Origin: Alphaproteobacteria bacterium
Lineage (GTDB): Bacteria; Pseudomonadota; Alphaproteobacteria; GCA-2731375
Direction: 5' to 3'
Assembly (NCBI GenBank): GCA_965226475.1
Contig: CBDDDJ010000004.1
Span: 1,821,963 to 1,885,962, forward strand
Length of the DNA stretch: 64,000 bases
Part shown: piece by piece, positions 38,405 to 47,236 of the stretch
Position numbering within the stretch: position 1 is the first letter of the stretch
Layout: every line of letters starts with the position of its first letter
Notes under the pieces: generated by a model
Seen by the model: the letters and a program-made list of their open reading frames with translations, nothing else
The model's database searches: none
What the model was told of the DNA's origin: nothing
Program-made: the position numbers and the translations under genes

Positions 38405-38950
38405 CGCCGCCGGAGGTCGAGAATTGCTGACCCCGCTCGCCGAAATTCTTTTCGTCGTCGTCTTCGCGGGTGGCTTTTCGCCATGCGTGCGGGCCAATAT
38501 CGGCGGCGCCTATCTGCCCCGGGAACTCAAAGATGGCGACTTCCATGAAGTCAACCAGCCGCGTTTGCCGATACATATGGAAATACGACCGAGGGAACGC
38601 GTGCTTCCCGGATCGGCGGATCGGTCGTTTCAAAAGCCGCTAACATCCCGCGAGTCGGACAGCACGCGCCGGGGTGACCGGAAGCTTCCGTCGGGCGAAA
38701 TCATGGCACGCCTCGGGCTGTTCGCGAATGGTGTTCGAACCGCGCCCCGGGCACGATTCGGCACGATGGAAGCCCGTCGTCCCGGGTGTTGCCTCGACCG
38801 GCTTCCGAGGCGAGAAACCGGCACCTTCGAGTTCGCGTCGAAGACGCTGAAAAATTACGCCCGGAAGAGAATCGGAATGCAGAAGATGGTTCTGCTCCCG
38901 CGCCACCCCGTCGGACGGGGTCGGCGCGGGACCAAAACGGAGCCGATGAT

Positions 38951-39238
38951 TTAGCCGGCGGCCTGGACCACGACGCGGCCACGGCCACGGCGAACCGTGT
39001 AGCCACCACGCGGCAGGCCCTTGATCGCGCCACTATCGATCAGGGCCATGACGGCACTAGCAATGGCTTCGGCCGTCTTGTCGACCGGCGCCGCGTCTGG
39101 CGCGGCCGGGCGGGACTTCTGCCACTCGACGAACGCCTTGGTGCCGAGATCGTCGCCGATTGACTTCCGCAAGGCGTTGAGTTTGCGGATTTCCATTTTG
39201 GCCAAGGAAGATTCGTCGAGACTTGGTTTGCGAGCCAT
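38951..39238 (-). CDS. Small conserved protein of unknown function (95 aa), paralogue B
   Basis: MARKPSLDESSLAKMEIRKLNALRKSIGDDLGTKAFVEWQKSRPAAP...LIDSGAIKGLPRGGYTVRRGRGRVVVQ. It is a paralogue of 20745-21026. Confidence 0.55.
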   Translation of the reverse strand: MARKPSLDESSLAKMEIRKLNALRKSIGDDLGTKAFVEWQKSRPAAPDAAPVDKTAEAIASAVMALIDSGAIKGLPRGGYTVRRGRGRVVVQAAG

Positions 39239-39276
39239 CGTGTAACTTTCCGTAAAAGGTTGACGGGAAGTTGTTG

Positions 39277-39303
39277 AATATACGTTTCCAACAAACTCGG
39301 CAA
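39277..39303 (-). promoter_or_regulatory. Candidate sigma-70-type promoter for paralogue B in an AT-rich divergent region shared with clpS
   Basis: On the minus strand the region reads TTGCCG, then 15 nt, then TATATT. Local GC is about 40%. Confidence 0.3.
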
Positions 39304-39420
39304 GCCTTCAATTCGCCTAACATGGAATTTATTTGCCAGCAGATGCAAGATGGCGACATTGTCGAGATTATGGTAGAGTCTGATCCACCCGGCTAGCTTC
39401 GGTTTCCGAATGATTCGCCG

Positions 39421-39735
39421 ATGACTGCAATGAGCAACACAACGACACGACCGCGCGCAAAGACACGGGCGAAGACGGAACAACCCCGTCTATATAAAGT
39501 CTTGCTTTTGAATGATGATTACACGCCTCGCGAATTCGTCGTCGCGGTCTTGCGGGCCGTCTTCCAGATGAACGACGATCAGGCTTACCGGGTGATGATG
39601 ACGGCGCACCGCCTCGGCTCCGCCGTCGTCGCGGTCTATGCACGCGATATCGCCGAGACCAAGGCGACGGAAGGCACCGAGGCGGGCCGCCGCGCCGGAT
39701 ATCCGCTCATGTTGTCGACCGAGCCGGAGGAATAG
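39421..39735 (+). CDS. clpS: ATP-dependent Clp protease adaptor ClpS, with no adjacent clpA
   Basis: ...PRLYKVLLLNDDYTPREFVVAVLRAVFQMNDDQAYRVMMTAHRLGSAVVAVYARDIAETKA... Confidence 0.85.
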   Translation: MTAMSNTTTRPRAKTRAKTEQPRLYKVLLLNDDYTPREFVVAVLRAVFQMNDDQAYRVMMTAHRLGSAVVAVYARDIAETKATEGTEAGRRAGYPLMLSTEPEE

Positions 39736-40020
39736 GGCACCAATTCGGTATAGGTTCCGGTCTCGCTATCGCCACGCTCTTCATCGATCCTTTGGCCCCC
39801 GGCGCAAATCGGTAGCCTGATCGTTCCCGGGGAAACTCGAGCGCGAAGGATCGGAAACGCGCCATCATCGAGTTGTGCCGCGTCATGGGCGACAAACCGT
39901 CCGACCAAGTCCCCACCAAGCGAGCCCGAACCCACGAGGGCGAATGGACGCGCCACCGTCGGGGCGGGATGTCGGTCTGTCGGGTAGCGCGGGCGACGTG
40001 GCGGACGCGGCGGCTTGGTC

Positions 40021-40515
40021 CTATCCGTCTTCCGCCAATCTGCCGATCGCTGCCTCGTCCATGCGGTAGGGAAGCCAGGTTTCCAGCCGCTCGATGCCGA
40101 GGCGGTGGTAGAACTCGCGCGTCGGGTTCCACTCCAGGACGCTCAAGTCGAAGCGCCCGCAATTCCCGTCCCTGGCGATCCGCGCCAGCGCCACCATCAT
40201 CGCCCGGCCGAGGCCGTGGCCGCGCGCTTGTTCCTCCAGGAACAGGTCTTCCAGGAACAGGCTCGGCCGTCCTTCCCAGGTCGAATAGCTGAAGAAATAG
40301 AGCGCGAGGCCGACTACCCGGCCGTCGAGTTCGGCCAGCAGCGCCTCGAAGCGCGGGTTGGCGCCGAAACCGTCTCGGCGGACGACGGCCTCGGTGAGCT
40401 TTACGCTCTCGGCCGCTTCGCCGGCATAGACCGCGAGCGCGCGGACCAGACGGACGATCTCGCCCGCGTCCTCCGGCCCGGCCGGACGTACCCCCGTCGC
40501 CGCCACCGGCCTCAC
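40021..40515 (-). CDS. GNAT-family N-acetyltransferase
   Basis: 164 aa, ...GRVVGLALYFFSYSTWEGRPSLFLEDLFLEEQARGHGLGRAMM... Confidence 0.75.
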   Translation of the reverse strand: MRPVAATGVRPAGPEDAGEIVRLVRALAVYAGEAAESVKLTEAVVRRDGFGANPRFEALLAELDGRVVGLALYFFSYSTWEGRPSLFLEDLFLEEQARGHGLGRAMMVALARIARDGNCGRFDLSVLEWNPTREFYHRLGIERLETWLPYRMDEAAIGRLAEDG

Positions 40516-41150
40516 GCCTTGATCGGGAAGGCGCCGCGGACCGCGTCGGCCTGTTCGGCCGTCAGCGAACGGGTACGGTGGCCTTGCAGCAGCAGGTGCA
40601 GGCGGGCGGTCTCCTCCAGCTCCTCCACCGCGTCGACCGCAGCGGAGAGCCCGCTGCCCGCCACCACGGGCCCATGGTTGGCCAGCAGCACCGCATGGTG
40701 GCGCGTTGCGAAAGCGGCGACCGCGTCGGCCAAGGCCGGGTCGCCCGGCGGGAAGAAGGGCACCAGCGGCAGGCGGCCGATCCGCATCACGTAATAGGCG
40801 GTGAGCGGCGGCAGCACGTCTTGCGGATCGACGTCGGCGAGGCAGCCGACCGCGACGGAGTGGGTCGAATGCAGATGCACCACCGCGCCCGCGCCCGCGC
40901 GCTCCCGGTACATGGCGATGTGCAGAAAGGCCTCCTTAGTCGGCGGATCGCCCGAAAGATGCCGGCCCTCGGCGTCGAGTTTGGAGATCGCCGCCGGGTC
41001 CAGCGTGCCGAGGCTGGAGCCCGTGGGCGTCATCAGGAAGCCGTCCTCGACGCGAACCGAGATGTTGCCGGTGGAACCGCCGGTGAGCCCCCGCTCGAAG
41101 ATCGAGCGGCCGTATTCCGCGATTCTCTCGCGTGACCGGGTCTCGCTCAC
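40512..41150 (-). CDS. Class II aldolase/adducin-family protein (OtnC/YgbL-like 3-oxo-tetronate-4-phosphate decarboxylase type)
   Basis: It begins with GTG (VSETRSRERIAEYGRSIFERGLTGGSTGNISVRVEDGFLMTPTGSSLG) and continues HLHSTHSVAV... Confidence 0.75.
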   Translation of the reverse strand: MSETRSRERIAEYGRSIFERGLTGGSTGNISVRVEDGFLMTPTGSSLGTLDPAAISKLDAEGRHLSGDPPTKEAFLHIAMYRERAGAGAVVHLHSTHSVAVGCLADVDPQDVLPPLTAYYVMRIGRLPLVPFFPPGDPALADAVAAFATRHHAVLLANHGPVVAGSGLSAAVDAVEELEETARLHLLLQGHRTRSLTAEQADAVRGAFPIKA

Positions 41151-42417
41151 GACAGCACCTCGAAGGCCTTGATGAAGAAGTCCGGGGCGCCGAAGTTGCC
41201 TGATTTGAGCGCCAAGGCCAGGGGATCGGCGCCGAGACTCGCGGTCCAGGGCACGCCGGGATCGATTTGCGGGCCGATCTGGATACCTGTGACGCCGAGG
41301 GCCCGGACCACCGCGCCGGAGGTTTCGCCGCCCGCCACCACCAGACGGCGGACGCCATCCGCGACCAGTCCCTGGGCGATCCTGGCCATCGCCGCCTCGA
41401 TCATCTCGCCCGCGGTCTCGCGTCCGAGCGCGTCCTGGACGCGGGCGAGGTTCTCGGGCGGCACGCTCGAATAGATCAGCACCGGGCCCGACGCCAGTTT
41501 GTCGCCCGCCCAGGCGAGGCTCTCGGCGACCACGTCCTCGCCGGCAGCGAGCCGGAGGGTATCGAGCGCGAGGTGCGGCCGCTTGGCCTTTATCGCCTCG
41601 ATCTGGCCGAGGGTCGCGCGACTGCAGGAGCCGGCCAGCACCGCCTCCCCCCCCCCGCGATCGCGGGCAACGCGTCGGACACCCGCCCCGCCGGCAGCAT
41701 CCCCCGGCGGCGGAAATTTTCCGCCAGCCCGAGGGCAACGCCGGAGCCACCGGTGAGAAGCGCCAAATCGGCCGAGGCCTCGCCGATCGCCATCAGGTCC
41801 GCGTCGCTCAGCGCATCGACGATGGCGTGACGCCGGCCCTCGGCCCTGAGCGCGCCATAGGCCGCGCGAATCACCTCGGCGCCGGCGGCAACGGTGTCGT
41901 AGCGGACCAAGCCGACGGGGTGCGGGGTCTGCGCCGCCAGCACGCGGACCAGGCTCGGGTCGGTCATCGGCGTCAGGGGGTGGTCCTTCATGCCGCTTTC
42001 CGACAGCAGCTCCTCGCCGACGAAGAGATAGCCGTGGCAGATCGTCCGACCGGTCTCGGGGAAGCCCGGGCAGGCGATGGTGAAGTCGGCGCCGAGCGCC
42101 TCCAGGAGCGCATCGGCCACCGGGCCGATGTTGCCGGCCGGGGTCGAATCGAAGGTGGAGCAGTATTTGAAGAAGATCTGTCGCGCTCCCGCGGCCCGCA
42201 GCCAGCGGAGGGCCTGCAAGGACTGATCGATCGCGTCCGGGGCGGGGATGGTGCGGGACTTGAGCGCCACGACCACCGCATCGACGTCCGGCGGCGGTAA
42301 ATCGTCGGCCGGCGCATCGAATAGCTGCACCGTCGACATCCCCTGGCGCACCAGGGTGTTCGCCAGGTCGGTGGCGCCGGTGAAATCGTCCGCGATCGCC
42401 CCTAGCAGCACCGCCAT
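41147..42417 (-). pseudogene. Four-carbon acid sugar kinase (OtnK/YgbK family, DUF1537 plus C-terminal nucleotide-binding domain), split by a frameshift inside a C10/G10 homopolymer at 41647-41656
   Basis: The N-terminal frame reads MAVLLGAIADDFTGATDLANTLVRQG...AIAGGG. The C-terminal frame continues (G)MLAGSCSRATLGQIEAIKA... The junction falls exactly in the poly-Gly codons of the G10 run. Confidence 0.65.
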
Positions 42418-42463
42418 TCGCTCCCTCCCTCGGAGAAATTGCTCACTTCCGAATTCTAGCCCC

Positions 42464-42928
42464 TCACGGCTTGAAGATCATCAGCGCGAAGATCGCCACC
42501 ACCGAGATGAAGGCCGGCCAGCCGAGGGCGAACCAGATTCGCATCGCCCGATGATAGTCCCAGGGGAGCGCGCCGCCCTTCGCCAGCGCGTCGGCCGCCA
42601 GGTCGCGGGCGCGGATCTGCAGGAAGACGACGGGGATCCAGCAGGCCCCGATCAAAACGTAGAGCACCAGCGTCCAGACCAGCCAAGCCTCGTCCCAGCC
42701 ATGGCCGCCCAAGTGCACCAGGGCCGCGCCGGTCACCGGCTGGACGATGACGGCCGGCAGAGTGAAGAGGAAATCGGCGATCACCACCAGCCGGGCGGTG
42801 GCATGGATCACCTTCACGTCGCCACCCCGATGGGCCATCCACATGAAGAAGGCGATGCTGGCGCCGGTGCCGAACAGCACCGCCGCGCCCAGCACGTGCA
42901 CGACCTTGAGGGCGAGGTAGAGGTCCAT
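42464..42928 (-). CDS. DUF2269-family small membrane protein
   Basis: MDLYLALKVVHVLGAAVLFGTGASIAFFMWMAH... It has four predicted TM helices. Its ATG overlaps the upstream TGA stop. Confidence 0.6.
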   Translation of the reverse strand: MDLYLALKVVHVLGAAVLFGTGASIAFFMWMAHRGGDVKVIHATARLVVIADFLFTLPAVIVQPVTGAALVHLGGHGWDEAWLVWTLVLYVLIGACWIPVVFLQIRARDLAADALAKGGALPWDYHRAMRIWFALGWPAFISVVAIFALMIFKP

Positions 42929-44226
42929 CAGCGGTCGTCCTCGATCGCCATCATCACCGCCGTCGCGACCAGCAGGGGCACCAGCTTGCTCATCGGACCC
43001 AGTGGATCGAACCAGAGTTCGGGCAGTCCCAGCGTCAGCATGGCCATGTAGGGGATGGTAATCGCGATCTGCAATCCACCGACCAACCGCACCCTGTATC
43101 GCACGAGAAGGGTCAGGCCCAGCACCACATCCAAGAGGCAGCCGAGCCAATAGGCGGGCCCGAAGAAGGTGGCCGGCACGCCGACCGCGGCGAGCAACGC
43201 CTCGCCCTCGGCGCGGGGGAAGAAGAGAGCGGTGGCGATCCCGGTCCAGAGCCAGAAAAGGCCGAGGCTGACGCGGAGCGCCGGGCGCAGGAAATAGAGC
43301 CGGGCATGCCAGCGGTCGGCGACACCGGCCGGCTGGCGGGCGAGCGCCGTCTCCAGCGCCAGCGGCCGCATGCCGAGGGCCTCGACGAAGGGCTCCGGCG
43401 GGGCCGTGTTGCCGAACTCCAGCTGGCGGATCGAAGTGGTGGAGAGCGCGCCGCGTCCGCCGAACCAACGCATCGCGTCGCCGAAGCGGGCGGCGAGGCG
43501 GATCGGCGCCATCGGAACCCGCAGAACGACGGGCGGCGGCAGCCCCAGCCACCGCCGGAGCGCGAGGAGAATCTCCTCGAGCGTCATCTCCCGGGGTCCG
43601 GTGAGATCGAGGATCCGGCCCGCCGGCGCATCCGCCGCCAGCAGGCGAACCACCGCTTCCGCCACGTCCTCCATCGCGATGGGTTGAAACTTCTGCTCGC
43701 CCCGCCCGGGAATCGGCAGGACCCACGGCAGGGCCGCCAGCGCGCGGAAGAAGGCGGTGCCGCCATAGGCGTCGCGCCCGACGACGAGGGAGGGGCGAAT
43801 GACCACCCATTCGAGACCGCTCCGCGCCAGCCAGCGGTCGGCCGCGTCCTTGCTGGCGGCGTATTCCGTGCCGGCGCCCGCGCCGAGGGCGGAGACCTGG
43901 ATCACGCGGCGGACGCCCGCCGCCTCGGCGGCGCCGAAGAGGGCGATCGGCGCCTTTTCGTGCACCGCCCGCACGTCGTTGCCGGCGGAGGACTGCAGGA
44001 TGCCGGCACAGTTGATCACGACCTCGACGCCGCCCAGGCGCGGCGCCCAGGCCTCGGGCGCCACGTCCCGGTTGAGGTCGGCGTGGATCCATTCGATGTC
44101 GGGGATCAGGCGCCTGGCCGTTTCCAGGTCCCGCGCCGCGCCGACGACCTCATGTCCCTCGGCGCACAAGCGGGCGACCAGATGCCGGCCGATGAAACCC
44201 GAGGCGCCGGTGGCAAAAATGCGCAT
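42928..44226 (-). CDS. NAD(P)-binding epimerase/dehydratase-family (extended SDR) domain fused to a C-terminal polytopic membrane domain
   Basis: MRIFATGASGFIGRHLVARLCAEGHEVV... The C-terminal third is hydrophobic (LGLFWLWTGIATALFF...LVGGLQIAITIPYMAMLTLGL). Confidence 0.7.
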   Translation of the reverse strand: MRIFATGASGFIGRHLVARLCAEGHEVVGAARDLETARRLIPDIEWIHADLNRDVAPEAWAPRLGGVEVVINCAGILQSSAGNDVRAVHEKAPIALFGAAEAAGVRRVIQVSALGAGAGTEYAASKDAADRWLARSGLEWVVIRPSLVVGRDAYGGTAFFRALAALPWVLPIPGRGEQKFQPIAMEDVAEAVVRLLAADAPAGRILDLTGPREMTLEEILLALRRWLGLPPPVVLRVPMAPIRLAARFGDAMRWFGGRGALSTTSIRQLEFGNTAPPEPFVEALGMRPLALETALARQPAGVADRWHARLYFLRPALRVSLGLFWLWTGIATALFFPRAEGEALLAAVGVPATFFGPAYWLGCLLDVVLGLTLLVRYRVRLVGGLQIAITIPYMAMLTLGLPELWFDPLGPMSKLVPLLVATAVMMAIEDDR

Positions 44227-44236
44227 GGATCCGAGG

Positions 44237-44980
44237 CTACATGTCCATGCGCCCGCCGTCGACGGCCAGCACCTCGCCGGTGATCCAGCCCGCCTCTTCC
44301 GAGGCCAGGAAGGCGACGGCGGCGGCGATATCCTCGGGCGCGCCGAGCCGTCCCATGGGCGTGCCGGCGATCGCCCGCTCCCGCATGGCCCCCACCATGT
44401 AAGGCCGGGTCATGTCGGTATCGGTGGAGCCGGGCGAGACCGCGTTGACGGTGATGCCGCGCGGGCCCAGCTCGGCGGCCAGGCCGACCGTCAGCGCCTC
44501 CAGCGCCGCCTTGCTCGCCGCATAAATCGTGCGGCCCGGCTGCGGCGTGCGGGCGATGATCGAGGAAATGTTGATGATCCGCCCGCCGGGTCCTTCCATC
44601 AACCCCGCCGCGCGCTGACAGGCGAAGAGCGCCGCCTTGAGGTTGAGGTCCATGTGTTGGTCGACGTGCTCTTCGTCGATCTCCTCCAGCCGGCCGAAGA
44701 TATGGCGGCCGGCGTTGTTGACCAGGATGTCGAGCCGGCCGGCCCAGGCGATCGTCCGCTCGAACAGATGGGCGAGTTCAGCCGGATCGGCGACATCGGC
44801 GGCAATGGCCGTCGCCGTCCCGCCGGCGGCCGCGATGTCGGCCACGACGGCTTCGGCGGCGGCGGCCTGTTCGCGGTAATTGACGGCGACGTGAATGCCG
44901 GCGGCCGCCAGCCGCCGGGAGCTCGCCGCGCCGATGCCACGGCTGGCGCCGGTAACCAGGGCGACCCGATCAGAGGGCAA
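44237..44980 (-). CDS. SDR-family oxidoreductase
   Basis: VALVTGASRGIGAASSRRLAAAGIHVAVNY...NNAG...YAASKAALEALT... Confidence 0.8.
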   Translation of the reverse strand: MPSDRVALVTGASRGIGAASSRRLAAAGIHVAVNYREQAAAAEAVVADIAAAGGTATAIAADVADPAELAHLFERTIAWAGRLDILVNNAGRHIFGRLEEIDEEHVDQHMDLNLKAALFACQRAAGLMEGPGGRIINISSIIARTPQPGRTIYAASKAALEALTVGLAAELGPRGITVNAVSPGSTDTDMTRPYMVGAMRERAIAGTPMGRLGAPEDIAAAVAFLASEEAGWITGEVLAVDGGRMDM

Positions 44981-45683
44981 TGTCGAGCGCCCGGGCGAGG
45001 CCGGGGAAGTCGTCGACGATGATGTCGTGTGCCGGGTTGGGCTCGGCGTCGGGCGGCCCGCCCGGACCCCATTCGTCCGGTCGGCGGACGAAGGCCGTCT
45101 TGAAGCCCTGGGACTTTGCCGCGTCCAAATCGACGTTGTGGCAGGCGACCATCAGGCATTCGCCGGGATCGAGCTGCAACCAGCGCGCCGCCGTCTGGTA
45201 GGCGATGGGCAGCAGCTTGTAGGCGCCGATCATCTCGCAAGAGATCACCGCGTCCCAGGAAAGCCCGTTGGCCCGCGCGGTGTCGACGATCAGGCGAGTG
45301 CTGAGAATGGTGAAGGAGGCGACGATGTGCCGCTCACGGAGCTTCGCCAACACGGCCGGAAAGTCCGGCCAGGTCTTCAGCGCATGCCAGGCCCGGACGA
45401 TGGCGCCCCGGTCCTGGGCGGTGAAGGCGCCGAGGTCGCGCGTCTCGACGATCTCGTCCAGCGCCAGCGCATGGGCGCCGTCGATGTTGTAGGTGGCCGG
45501 CGCGTCGGCCCCCTGGTTCACCATCAATTTCAGCGCCAGGCGGCGATCGTCGTTGGCGATCGCCGCCCGGTCCCTTTCCAGGCCCCGGGCACCGCCAACC
45601 TCGGCCAGCGCATCGCGGATGCCGGATTGCCAGTCCAGGACGGTGCCACCCGTATCGAAGGTCAGCGCCTTGATTTCCGCCAT
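44970..45683 (-). CDS. HAD-superfamily hydrolase (haloacid dehalogenase type II-like)
   Basis: MAEIKALTFDTGGTVLDWQSGIRDAL...MVACHNVDLDAAKSQGFKTAFVRRPDEWGP. Confidence 0.75.
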   Translation of the reverse strand: MAEIKALTFDTGGTVLDWQSGIRDALAEVGGARGLERDRAAIANDDRRLALKLMVNQGADAPATYNIDGAHALALDEIVETRDLGAFTAQDRGAIVRAWHALKTWPDFPAVLAKLRERHIVASFTILSTRLIVDTARANGLSWDAVISCEMIGAYKLLPIAYQTAARWLQLDPGECLMVACHNVDLDAAKSQGFKTAFVRRPDEWGPGGPPDAEPNPAHDIIVDDFPGLARALDIAL

Positions 45684-45753
45684 GACGGCCCCTCTTGATC
45701 GCCGAGTGATTCTCGTTTTCGGCCCGGGCGGCCGGGACCTGCCTCGAAAGAGG

Positions 45754-46401
45754 CTAAACCAGGGCCCGGACGTCGGCGAGCGTCTTCTCGGGCTCCGGCC
45801 GGTGGGTGTAGTCGACATCGATATCGGCCGCGCGGACGATACCGTTCGTATCGACCACCAGGCGGGCGGGCATCGGCAGGGTCCAGCCGTCGTCGCCGTT
45901 GTAGCGCGGCAGGTCGATGTCGCGGGAGGCATAGATCTCGCGCAACGCGCCCGTCACCTCGAAGCGGAGACCCAGTTGGGCCGCATAGGCGTTCCCAGGG
46001 TCCGTCGCCATGTGAAAATTGATCTCGTGGCGCTCGCGCATCGCCCGATTATGCTCGACGAGCTGCGGCGTGATCGCCACCAGGCTCGCGCCCATCGTCT
46101 CCAGTTCGCCCAAAACCGCCTGCAAAGCATACAGCTCCGCATTGCAGTAGGGTCACCAGACGCCGCGAAATACCGTCGGGACGGCGGGACCCCGGGCCAG
46201 CAGCTCGGTCGAGACCACCGGCTGGCCGTGCACGTCGTCGAGGGCGAAGGCCGGCAGTGCCTCGCCCACCTTGATCGTCGAATCGAGAATGCCGGTGGCG
46301 CGCAAATCGCGGGTCGCCCCGCCCATGACCGCGCGTTGCTCCTCCGGCACGCGGGTTGCCGCCATCTGGCGGATCTTCTCCAACTGGTCGTCGAGTGACA
46401 T
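45754..46401 (-). CDS. Peroxiredoxin-like (AhpC/TSA-fold redoxin) candidate selenoprotein. A single in-frame TGA at 46153-46155 replaces the peroxidatic Cys
   Basis: Reading through gives ...PAVPTVFRGVW-U-PYCNAELYALQAVLGELETMGASLVAITPQ... The expected motif at this position is F/Y-R-G-x-W-C-P-x-C. ORF callers split the gene into 46153-46401 and 45754-46125. A stem-loop lies just 3' of the UGA. Confidence 0.6.
46120..46147 (-). promoter_or_regulatory. Candidate SECIS-like stem-loop 3' of the UGA in the Prx-like gene
   Basis: The minus-strand RNA is CUGCAAUGCGGAGCUGUAUGCUUUGCAG. It has a 6-bp outer stem, a 3-bp inner stem and a G/U-containing apical loop. It begins 5 nt after the UGA. Confidence 0.35.
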
Positions 46402-46488
46402 GTCTTCCTCCTTTAGCGAACGTACCTTTACAGGAATTCACTCGGGCTTCGCCACTCCCGCCCGGTAAATTGGTCGCGAGCCGGTCGC

Positions 46489-47034
46489 CTACGCGGTAAT
46501 TGGCGCGGTACCCGAGCGCGTGTGCGGGCGGCCGCCGTCGGCGACGCCCATCAGCAGCACGATCTCCTCCGGCCGGGGGGCGTCATAAACCATGACCGTA
46601 ATGGTATCGAAATGGGCGAAGGACCAGGTCTCGTCCTTGTGGCCGAGCGGCAGGTCAATCGCCGCGCCGAGTGCGGCCACCTTGGCAATCGAGGGGATGA
46701 GCGCCAGCCCGCCGCCGACAGCCGCGCGCATCGGCTTGCCGAGTTTGGGGTGGATCATGGCGCCGCCATGCTCCATGTCGCCGGCGGCCCCGACGATAGC
46801 CGCCTTGCCGTAGCTGATTGGTGGTCCACTCAACATGCCCACCGCCTCCTCCATCAGCCGGGCGCCGAGTTCGGCGCCCAAATCGAAGAGCGCCGTCAGA
46901 TCCGCTTCGAAACGCCCGGCGAAGGGGTTCGCCAGCACCGCGCCGGCGACGATCCGGGTAATGGGATCGCAGGGCCGGCCGTGGCCGTCGGCCTCGATGA
47001 TCTCGCGCAGCAGCACCGTCTTGCGAATAGTCAT
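46489..47034 (-). CDS. Amino-acid-synthesis-family protein (DUF1185)
   Basis: MTIRKTVLLREIIEADGHGRPCDPITRIVAGAVLANPFAGRF... Confidence 0.7.
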   Translation of the reverse strand: MTIRKTVLLREIIEADGHGRPCDPITRIVAGAVLANPFAGRFEADLTALFDLGAELGARLMEEAVGMLSGPPISYGKAAIVGAAGDMEHGGAMIHPKLGKPMRAAVGGGLALIPSIAKVAALGAAIDLPLGHKDETWSFAHFDTITVMVYDAPRPEEIVLLMGVADGGRPHTRSGTAPITA

Positions 47035-47236
47035 GGGCGTTCTCACTTGCCTCGGCTTCGCCGCCGCCGATGGCAGTTGCCAAGAACGGCGACTCCCCGG
47101 GCCGGAATGATAGCAGCCCCTGGCCACCCGCGCTTGAAGGCCGAGTGGCCGTCGGTTATGCAAGGGCCTGCACATCACGATGGCGGCGTTCGCCGGCATC
47201 CCTCAAACAGACGAAGCAGAGAACGGGGAGGCCCGA

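Noticed and set aside
38405-38950. Gene-less gap of about 545 bp containing a 198-aa ORF (38358-38954) and a short GC hairpin (ccccgtc g gacgggg at 38905-38921)
   Set aside because: The ORF is Arg-rich with no motifs and overlaps the end of the preceding gene. The hairpin lacks a U-tract. The gap may hold an sRNA but nothing is supportable from sequence alone.
39736-40020. Non-coding region of about 280 bp after clpS with ORF 39873-40292
   Set aside because: The ORF overlaps the convergent GNAT gene and is compositionally biased. No terminator or structured element could be supported.
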